Assembly: GCA_019057865.1 (NCBI GenBank)
Contig: JAHLWP010000054.1
Span: 1-20,069, forward strand
DNA: 20,069 nt
Direction of reading: 5' to 3'
From: Promethearchaeota archaeon
GTDB taxonomy: Archaea; Asgardarchaeota; Lokiarchaeia; Sigyniarchaeales; SOKP01
The position numbers were made by a program, and so were the translations under genes. Below the pieces are notes generated by a model, which was not told where the DNA came from, ran no database searches, and was given only the letters and a program-made list of their open reading frames with translations. How positions within the stretch are numbered: position 1 is the stretch's first letter; each line of letters starts with the position of its first letter. Positions 1 through 7,149 of the stretch are shown in pieces.

Positions 1-97
1 TAATCTAAATATTAGATTCCATATATAATCTATGATTTTCTCTTTTAGAATGCTTCATAATAAAAGTTTAAATAAAATAAAGATAAAATTAGGATAA

Positions 98-271
98 TTA
101 TTCCTTAGTATCTGGTTGAAAATCTAAGGAAATCGAATTTATACAATATCGACAGCCCGTAGGGGTTGGTCCATCATCAAAAACATGTCCCAAGTGTCCT
201 TTACAATTACTACAGAGGATCTCAGTTCGCTTCATTCCATAGCTTGTATCCAATTTTTCTTCAATATTAGC
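98..271 (-). pseudogene. msrB: 3' half of methionine-R-sulfoxide reductase MsrB (5'-truncated)
   Basis: Manual translation of the minus strand gives [57 protein letters not shown], with the MsrB motifs RxExxCxxC, HLGHVFxDGP and RYCINS. An in-frame TGA lies at 283-281 and the N-terminal half (first CxxC, GWPSF) is absent. Confidence 0.9.
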
Positions 272-326
272 AGAGGAGTATCACCAACAATATGTAGAAA
301 AAAGAAAAACACGCTTTATAGTTTAA
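270..326 (+). pseudogene. msrA: C-terminal remnant of methionine-S-sulfoxide reductase MsrA
   Basis: Plus strand 270-326 reads [18 protein letters not shown]. AEEYHQxY is the conserved C-terminal MsrA motif. No GCFW-containing N-terminus is seen upstream in frame. Confidence 0.75.
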
Positions 327-396
327 AAATTAAAGCTTTACTTTTCCTTATATTTCTATAAAGATAGTTATTTATTCCTATATTTTCTTGTGTTTT

Positions 397-750
397 ATGA
401 AAATGGCTATAAATTATTATGATATTCTTGGAATTAATAAAAATGCTACTAAAGAGGAAATCAAATTATCATATCGAAAATTAGCAAAAAAGTATCATCC
501 CGATCTTAACAAGGAAGATCCAAATGCTAAGGAAAGATTTATAGAATTAAAGGAAGCCTACGATACACTACTTGATCCAGTAAAGCGAAAAATATATGAT
601 GAAGCAGGATATGACCCCAGAAATATAGATTTAAGCGATATTATTGGGAGATATGGTTCCATGAGTGTAAGAGAGATATTTAGAGAATTATTTGCCCGAA
701 ATTATAGATATGTGTATTATAAACCTCCACCTGAAGAAATGTATATATAA
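397..750 (+). CDS. Small J-domain (DnaJ class C) protein
   Basis: YYDILG...[17 protein letters not shown]...[21 protein letters not shown] with intact HPD. No G/F-rich, Zn-finger or substrate-binding domains. ATG at 397 or 403 is more likely than TTG 388. Confidence 0.9.
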   Translation: MKMAINYYDILGINKNATKEEIKLSYRKLAKKYHPDLNKEDPNAKERFIELKEAYDTLLDPVKRKIYDEAGYDPRNIDLSDIIGRYGSMSVREIFRELFARNYRYVYYKPPPEEMYI

Positions 751-772
751 AAATATGTGGAAGGGTTAATAT

Positions 773-1168
773 TCATTCAGGTTTTATAGTTTTTAACTCT
801 TTTTCTAATACCTTAATTTGCTTTGTAATACTTTTCATTTTGGTATCCTTTTCTTTTGAAATTGCCTTTAGTTCCTCGTTTACTCTTTTTATCTTCTCCT
901 TTTTCATAGTAGTATCTTTCTTTTTTAAATACTTTATACGAGCAATTAATCCTTTCTTTTCAGATACCGATTCTTGGATTCTTTTATTAATTTCATCTAA
1001 TTTATTTTGTTCTGCTTGTAATAGTGATTCAATTTCATTGATTTTAAGGTTATATTCCTCCTCAATTTTATTTGTAATATAAACAACTTTTTTCTGAGTC
1101 CCCCCTTCTATTTCTAGTAATTCTCGTTGCACTCTATTAATTTTATTCCTTATTTCATCTTTCGACAT
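773..1168 (-). CDS. Hypothetical coiled-coil protein
   Basis: 131 aa, K/E-rich with heptad hydrophobic periodicity throughout, ATG start, no recognisable motif. Confidence 0.7.
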   Translation of the reverse strand: MSKDEIRNKINRVQRELLEIEGGTQKKVVYITNKIEEEYNLKINEIESLLQAEQNKLDEINKRIQESVSEKKGLIARIKYLKKKDTTMKKEKIKRVNEELKAISKEKDTKMKSITKQIKVLEKELKTIKPE

Positions 1169-1465
1169 AGCAATATTTTTTCTTAAATTTTTAATTTTTT
1201 TTTAGATTTTAACCCATATTTGAATGATATAAAGAACAAAAATATATAAAGTCCCTATATCAACATTAGAAATCTCTATTATTTAGTAGCAATGACAAAC
1301 ATCCTTAATATGGAGGCTACATTATTAAAGAGAATGAAAACGAAATTAAAAATATTAAGAGATTAATTATTCTTTTTCAGCATATTCATCTGAATAATAT
1401 TGAAATTTTAATATTGGTACTAGACTATTTAAATAACTGAAAAAAGTAAATTAGAAAATTTTTCA

Positions 1466-2320
1466 ATGCAATTTCTAGTCGTTTTATCTTACTTCAACCG
1501 GAAAATAGGACCAACAGTATTCTATTCTTTTCCAAAAAAAAGACTTAATGAAGAAGATACAGCTATTGTTCCAAATCTAATGGACCAGATTATTTCTGAA
1601 GGATTTTTTACATATTCTTTCAATTCTTCTTATACATTGAATTACTATTTCGAAATTGATTCAGAATGGGCTCGTGCAAATAAAGATCTTCTTATGATTT
1701 CAATAATATTTAAAGAGTCACCATCAACTGAAACTGAAAAAGCAGTTTTTACTTTATGCATTGAATTTACAGAGTGGTTAAAATCAAAAGAGAAAGTTTT
1801 TACCGCCTTTTATGAGAATACTAACTTAACTAGCCTAAATAATCCAAAAGAAATTAAAAACAATAAAATCTTAGTTAAAGCCTGGATTAAAGAATTTTAT
1901 ATAGCTTGTGCCGATGAAATTCAAGAAAAATTAGAAGAGGATAATATCATAACTTTATTAGAAAAAAAAGATACCTTAGAGATCCTTAAACTCTTGTCTA
2001 ATAACCCCATGCCAATCAACAGTCTCAAGAAATGGTATCTTGAAACCTTCCCTCATAGAAATTTCCATAAAATAATTAGTAATTTATATAAATATCATTT
2101 AGTCAATATACCTAAAATTGGTGGAAGAAAAAACCCCCCATTTAACGTTTATATAACCAAAGAAGTTAAACCTATAATAAATTTGGTAGTTTTAAAAAAT
2201 AGACTGATTAAAAAGTTCATAAAAACAAATTTCAAAGAACCCTCCAATAGTTTAGAAAAGTATTCAGAAGAATTCCATGAGTTCTTAAAAAATGTTATTT
2301 CTGAGGAACAGGTCGTATAA
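1466..2320 (+). CDS. Putative uDENN/longin-like domain protein with C-terminal winged-helix-like region
   Basis: N-terminus VVLSYFNRKIGPTVFYSFP fits the uDENN/longin opening pattern (hydrophobic strand, F-x4-GP, strand, P). C-terminal ILKLLSNNPMPINSLKK...FHKIISNLYKYHLVNI resembles a wHTH. The ORF is solid; the fold is inferred. Confidence 0.6.
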   Translation: MQFLVVLSYFNRKIGPTVFYSFPKKRLNEEDTAIVPNLMDQIISEGFFTYSFNSSYTLNYYFEIDSEWARANKDLLMISIIFKESPSTETEKAVFTLCIEFTEWLKSKEKVFTAFYENTNLTSLNNPKEIKNNKILVKAWIKEFYIACADEIQEKLEEDNIITLLEKKDTLEILKLLSNNPMPINSLKKWYLETFPHRNFHKIISNLYKYHLVNIPKIGGRKNPPFNVYITKEVKPIINLVVLKNRLIKKFIKTNFKEPSNSLEKYSEEFHEFLKNVISEEQVV

Positions 2321-2379
2321 GTCTTAAAGATAATGAAAATTTATGCTGAAGGATTTGAAAACTAAAATAGAAATCACCA

Positions 2380-2925
2380 TTAATTAGTAGCAATTTCTTT
2401 AATATTGTCCCATCCATATGATACTACTATATATTTATCTCCACCTATTTCTTTATAATTCTCAGTTAAATATTTTCCTCGGAGTTTTTCATAAAAGGCA
2501 CGATATTTACTCTCCTTTAAGACCCACACCAGCATACTATTAATTCCATGTTCTAGAAGATGATTTACAACTTTTTGGACTAATTGAGCACCAATTCCCT
2601 TTCTTTGATACTCTCCAAGAACATATATGGCTAATAGTTCTCCATTGTACTTAGAAGTTATAGGATCCTCTATATTGGGTTCAAATTGTTCTAATCCACC
2701 TACAGTGAAACCAATTATATTCCTTAGCTCATCTTCAACAACATAAAAAAAGTGTTTTTCTTCCTGATTTTCCAATCGCTCCTTCCATCGACTTTCACGT
2801 CCTTTATAAACTAAGCTTTGAAGGAAATCATCTGAGATTATGTCTTTATAAGCACTTCTCCATGTATCAACATGAACTTTGGTGATTCCTAGCGCATCAG
2901 ATATTTCTGCTTTTCTACACTTCAT
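2380..2925 (-). CDS. GNAT family N-acetyltransferase
   Basis: AIYVLGEYQRKGIGAQL acetyl-CoA binding motif (Q/RxxGxG), IIGF strand and FYEKL motif. Start reassigned to ATG 2925 (MKCRKAEISDA), which removes the overlap with the upstream gene. Confidence 0.9.
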   Translation of the reverse strand: MKCRKAEISDALGITKVHVDTWRSAYKDIISDDFLQSLVYKGRESRWKERLENQEEKHFFYVVEDELRNIIGFTVGGLEQFEPNIEDPITSKYNGELLAIYVLGEYQRKGIGAQLVQKVVNHLLEHGINSMLVWVLKESKYRAFYEKLRGKYLTENYKEIGGDKYIVVSYGWDNIKEIATN

Positions 2926-2953
2926 TTCTTTTCTTTTTTTTTGAAAGGTTAAT

Positions 2954-4249
2954 TTAAGAGATACATATTTTATCAAAATCTTTCTTAAGTTGATCACGAA
3001 AATCAGGATGGGCTATATTAATCAAGGCTTTTGCTCGTTGGCGAATTGTTTTTCCACGTAAATTGGCAATACCATATTCAGTAATCACATTATGAACATC
3101 ATTACGTGAAGTGGTTACACAGGCTCCTTCACTTAATTTAGAAACAATTCGACTAATTGTTTTCTTTTTATTTGTTGAGGGAAGTGCTATAATTGATTTA
3201 CCTCCAGGAGATATACTTGACGCACGAACAAAATCAACCTGTCCTCCGACACCAGAGTATTGTTGGTATCCGAGTGTATCGGCGCATACTTGGCCAAATA
3301 AATCTATTTGGAGGGCAGAATTAATAGAAATTAGGTTATTTACTTTCCCTGCAATCATAAGATTATTAGTGTAATCAACAGGATGCATTTCAACATTAGG
3401 ATTATTATCAACAAATTGATAAAGCTTTTTTGTGCCCATTAAGAACGTAGCAATAAACTTACCCGGATTTAGGTTATTACATTTATTTGTTACAACTCCT
3501 TTTTCATATAACTCAACTACTCCATCAGAGAACATTTCTGTGTGAATTCCTAAATCTTTTTTTTCCGTTAGAAATTTCAATGCTGCATCAGGTATCCCAC
3601 CAATACCTAATTGGAGATTTGCTCGATCTGGAACTAATGAGGCAACATTCCTTCCAATATTTTCTTCAATACTGGTGATTTTAGGAAGAGGTATTTCGAT
3701 TAAGGGTCTGTCAGTCTCAACAATATAATCAACTTCAGATATATGAATATAAGCTCCATATGTTCTAGGCATTTGTTTATTTACTTCAGCAATTACAATT
3801 TTTGAGGATTTTGCAGCTTGCATTGTATAATCTACGGATACTCCGAAGCTAAGGTAACCATTCTCATCTGGCGGAGAAAGTTGAATTAATGCTACATCTA
3901 CCGGTAAAATATTATCTCGAAAAAGGCGTGGAATTTCCGAAAAAAATACGGGCGTATAATCAGCTCTCCCTTCCCTAATTGCTTGTCGTGCTCCTGCACC
4001 TGCAAATAAAGAGTTATGGTAAAAATGTTGTTCCATTTCGGGCAAGCAATATTGACATTCTCTTAGAGGGACCATATGAACAATCTCAATGTTGGTTAGC
4101 CGATCTTTTTGTCTAACAAGTTCATCTACTAAGACAATTGGTTCTCCGGCAGCATGTCCAAAAACTACTCTATTTCTTGACTTTATATTTAAGATGGCTT
4201 CTTCTTTAGAGGTAACTTTTCGAGAATAATGGTCGTCCCAATTCTTCAT
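2954..4249 (-). CDS. Acetyl-CoA hydrolase/transferase family protein, 4-hydroxybutyrate CoA-transferase-like (Cat2/AbfT type)
   Basis: Motifs LQLGIGGIP, LGIHTEMFSDG (catalytic Glu), SGVGGQVDF, ITEYGIANLRGK, LINIAHPDFR. SD-like AAGGTG lies upstream of the ATG. Confidence 0.9.
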   Translation of the reverse strand: MKNWDDHYSRKVTSKEEAILNIKSRNRVVFGHAAGEPIVLVDELVRQKDRLTNIEIVHMVPLRECQYCLPEMEQHFYHNSLFAGAGARQAIREGRADYTPVFFSEIPRLFRDNILPVDVALIQLSPPDENGYLSFGVSVDYTMQAAKSSKIVIAEVNKQMPRTYGAYIHISEVDYIVETDRPLIEIPLPKITSIEENIGRNVASLVPDRANLQLGIGGIPDAALKFLTEKKDLGIHTEMFSDGVVELYEKGVVTNKCNNLNPGKFIATFLMGTKKLYQFVDNNPNVEMHPVDYTNNLMIAGKVNNLISINSALQIDLFGQVCADTLGYQQYSGVGGQVDFVRASSISPGGKSIIALPSTNKKKTISRIVSKLSEGACVTTSRNDVHNVITEYGIANLRGKTIRQRAKALINIAHPDFRDQLKKDFDKICIS

Positions 4250-4409
4250 ATAAATGACACCTTTTATTTTTAAATATAAAAAAAATTCTAATTAAATTGT
4301 TATATGTTTAAAAACTCTATAATCTTTTTTTTAAGAAAAATCTATATAATTTAATTAATCCCAACTTATTTATCATTATAAACAATTCGACATCATTTGC
4401 CGTTTAAAA

Positions 4410-5222
4410 ATGCAATCGAAAAATATAGTAGATATTCAGAAGGTGGAAATCACTTTTGACGACGGTGTAAAATCAACTGGAAATTTTTATCGTTCAATTT
4501 CGGAAACAATAGTAACTCCTAATGGAAGGCGATATCCCCATCCTAGACCAACAATCATATTTTTTCATGGATTTTGGGCGAAAAAAGAAGTTAATGAAAT
4601 AAATCTCGTTGCCCTCGCTCATATGGGATATCTTACTATTGCTTTTGATCAGAGAGGTCATGGAGAAGCAGGTGGAAAAAAAGCAGAATGGTTTAATTTA
4701 TTTGAGGATGTTAATTGTGTCCTTGACTTTGTTTGCTCTTTTGAAGATGTTAAAAAGGGATCCTTGTGTTTTATAGGAAAATCAATGGGAGGTACATCTG
4801 TTTTAACAAAATGTTATGAAGACACACGAGTTGCAATGGTTGTAGGGATTAGTGCATTACATTCTGTTGAGCTCTTACTTAAAGCAAAGTTCCGCTTTTT
4901 TTCAGCAGGATGGTTCGTTAGGCGCATACTATCTAAAGTAGAAGATGAACGTGCAATTAAAATATCCGCGCATTATTTCCTTAAAAATGATCCGGAATTT
5001 AATAGAAATCAGGTATTTTTAATTCATGGAAAAGATGATACTATATTTCCACCCTCATTATCTTTTGAACTAAACAAAAAACAAGCAGCAATTCCTGAAA
5101 AACATGCAATTTTATTAGAAAATTGTGGTCATAGTTTAGAGGGTCAAGAATTATTAGTTTTTGGGATAATTCTTAGTTGGATATTTGAAAATGAAGCTAT
5201 GAAGTTTAAAAAAAATGTCTGA
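4410..5222 (+). CDS. Alpha/beta-fold hydrolase
   Basis: FFHGF oxyanion strand, FDQRGHGE, nucleophile elbow GKSMGG, IHGKDD (Asp) and CGH (His): a complete Ser-Asp-His triad. Confidence 0.9.
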   Translation: MQSKNIVDIQKVEITFDDGVKSTGNFYRSISETIVTPNGRRYPHPRPTIIFFHGFWAKKEVNEINLVALAHMGYLTIAFDQRGHGEAGGKKAEWFNLFEDVNCVLDFVCSFEDVKKGSLCFIGKSMGGTSVLTKCYEDTRVAMVVGISALHSVELLLKAKFRFFSAGWFVRRILSKVEDERAIKISAHYFLKNDPEFNRNQVFLIHGKDDTIFPPSLSFELNKKQAAIPEKHAILLENCGHSLEGQELLVFGIILSWIFENEAMKFKKNV

Positions 5223-5447
5223 TCTCCTAAAATATTAATTTTCTATTCCTAATATACAACGATAAATTTTGACGAATAAGACTCATTTTTTTTTAGATAT
5301 GTACTAATTTCGATTTAATAGTATATATAAGTTCTTGATAAACTCAAATCAAATAGGACCGATCATATATATATTTTCTAAAACAGCTCTAATACACACT
5401 TTAGATACTTCTATAGTGAAGGTTTAAATGGTATTATGGCTCCCTTT

Positions 5448-5590
5448 AAAGATGCTTTACGTACGTAAAAAACTAATAAATTTTATAAAGTATGATGATT
5501 TCATGGTATATTAAGATTTTTTTACTAATATAGAAAGATCTTTACGTACGTAAAAAACTAATATTATTTTAATAAATAAATGAATATTTA
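5448..5590 (+). promoter_or_regulatory. Tandemly duplicated operator/promoter: two copies of palindrome TTTACGTACGTAAA, each followed by a TATA-like box
   Basis: Identical 24-mer CTTTACGTACGTAAAAAACTAATA at 5455-5478 and 5540-5563 (85 bp period). Perfect 14-bp palindromes at 5456-5469 and 5541-5554. TTTATAAA at 5482-5489 and TTTAATAA at 5568-5575. Lies directly upstream of the DUF2284 ATG at 5620. Confidence 0.7.
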
Positions 5591-5619
5591 AGTAAAAAAA
5601 AAGAACAAGGATAAAATTA

Positions 5620-6405
5620 ATGACGCAGAAACTGATACCTGAAGTTGAGAAAGAATGGTCTAAAATATCTTTCAAATGGCGGAGATTATTACCAAAAAAG
5701 AAAGATAGGCCACCATCTCCAATAAAAATTGAACCTGATGAAAAGATCTTTCTTGAGCTCCTTGAACGATCTAATAAAATCATAAATCAAATAATTATAA
5801 AATCAAAAATTAAAGCTACTGGTCATGCTAAATTAATACCAACAGATAAAATTGTAATAGATCCGCGCGTACGCTGGAAATGTAGAATTCCTGTGTGTTT
5901 TGGTTACGGAACTAGTATAAATTGTCCTCCACATTCTCCAACTACCGAAGAGATGAGAGAAATTGTTAGTAGTTATAATCATGCTATATTAATTACATTT
6001 TATCCACCGACAAAAAATCATATTTTTCCCGGAATTCTTCTCGGTGTCCAGGGAGATGTAAATCTATTAAATCAAATAGTCTCAATGATAGAAGCAGAAG
6101 CAACATACTTGGGATATTATCTTGCTATGGGGTTTAAAGGTGGACCTTGTGTTGGTTGCGGATTTTTTTCTCCAGAATATTTTAAAGACTTAATGCAACA
6201 AAAAAAAATTCCCCCTTGTCCTGTGCTCGATAATCAAATGTGCCGGCAGTATTTAAGAGCTAGACCTTCACTAGAGGCTTGTGGAGTGGATATATTTGCT
6301 ACAGCTGTCAAATGTGGAGAAAAACCACCATTTGTAATTAATCCCGAACATCCAAAGGAATCTGTTCCCTATGTTGGTTGGCATGGTATCGTTTTAATTA
6401 TTTGA
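5620..6405 (+). CDS. DUF2284 family Cys-rich predicted metal-binding protein
   Basis: RVRWKCRIPVCFGYGTSINCPPHSP, GGPCVGC, C-x7-C and ARPSLEACGVDIFAT match the pattern I recognise as DUF2284. Confidence 0.8.
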   Translation: MTQKLIPEVEKEWSKISFKWRRLLPKKKDRPPSPIKIEPDEKIFLELLERSNKIINQIIIKSKIKATGHAKLIPTDKIVIDPRVRWKCRIPVCFGYGTSINCPPHSPTTEEMREIVSSYNHAILITFYPPTKNHIFPGILLGVQGDVNLLNQIVSMIEAEATYLGYYLAMGFKGGPCVGCGFFSPEYFKDLMQQKKIPPCPVLDNQMCRQYLRARPSLEACGVDIFATAVKCGEKPPFVINPEHPKESVPYVGWHGIVLII

Positions 6406-6445
6406 TAATATCTATTATTAAGAGTTGAGAGAGGTAAATTTTATA

Positions 6446-7108
6446 ATGGAAAATACAAGTTTAGAAAATCAGACAAAAACTAAAAATCCTTTATATTATA
6501 TTAATAACGTCATTGAAGCGGTTAGTTCACTCGACTTTTATTCAATGAAAGACACCATAAAACAAGCAATAGATGCAAGAGTACCCATAATCGATATTAT
6601 AAATAAGGGTATTTTAAAAGGATTGGAAGAATCAGGAGAAATGGGGCTTATTTTAGCGGCAGAAGCTCTCCAAGGTGAAATTATATCTATAGATGAGGAA
6701 GATAGAAGAAGATTATACAAGGCTAGGAATTACTCGGGAAAGGTAGTTGTCGGAACAATTGAAGGGGATATTCATAATTTAGGTAAAAATATTCTAATCG
6801 CGTTAATGAAATCTTATGGTATGGATATTATCGACCTTGGAATAGATGTGAAACCTGAAAAATTTGAAGAAGCCGCTCGAATGCCAGATGTTAAAGTTAT
6901 TGGTATATCATATCTTCTTTCTTCAGCGGAACCCTTCATAAAAAGAGCAGTGTCCTTATTAAAAAAAGGAGATTTAGCAAATAAGGTAAAAGTTATTTTG
7001 GGAGGTGCTGCTGCGTCTTATGAATTCACAGAACAAATAAAAGCAGATGCTTACGCAAAGGACGCTTTAGAAGGTTTTAATCTAATTGATAAATGGTTAC
7101 GGAATTAA
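6446..7108 (+). CDS. Methyltransferase-cognate corrinoid (B12-binding) protein, MtaC/MtbC/MttC-like
   Basis: VVVGTIEGDIHNLGKN (DxHxxG base-off/His-on), IDLGIDV, SYL (SxL), ILGGAA, ADAYAKDA, plus an N-terminal helical cap domain. ATG 6446 follows GAGGT and is preferred to TTG 6425. Confidence 0.92.
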   Translation: MENTSLENQTKTKNPLYYINNVIEAVSSLDFYSMKDTIKQAIDARVPIIDIINKGILKGLEESGEMGLILAAEALQGEIISIDEEDRRRLYKARNYSGKVVVGTIEGDIHNLGKNILIALMKSYGMDIIDLGIDVKPEKFEEAARMPDVKVIGISYLLSSAEPFIKRAVSLLKKGDLANKVKVILGGAAASYEFTEQIKADAYAKDALEGFNLIDKWLRN

Positions 7109-7149
7109 GAATAATTAATCCCTTCCTTTTATCTATAAGGGGTACTCAT

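Noticed and set aside
281-283. Selenocysteine read-through of the TGA upstream of the msrB fragment
   Set aside because: The TGA is not at a catalytic Cys position, the sequence beyond it does not resemble MsrB (no GWPSF), and the opposite strand there encodes the MsrA motif.
840-1082. 80-aa hydrophobic ORF on + strand
   Set aside because: Antisense shadow of the K/E-rich coiled-coil gene; the Phe/Ser/Leu richness is the expected mirror.
1292-1366. 24-codon ORF MTNILNMEATLLKRMKTKLKILRD in the divergent intergenic region
   Set aside because: Too short, with no motif or other support.
3111-3678. Two + strand ORFs (3111-3374, 3487-3678)
   Set aside because: Antisense to the well-supported CoA-transferase gene, with no motifs.
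5455-5563. CRISPR mini-array from the 24-bp palindromic repeat
   Set aside because: Only two copies, a 61-bp spacer that is itself partly duplicated, no cas genes, and a promoter-like position.
5223-5619. Cobalamin riboswitch upstream of the corrinoid operon
   Set aside because: The region is extremely AT-rich with no B12-box or GC stems visible.
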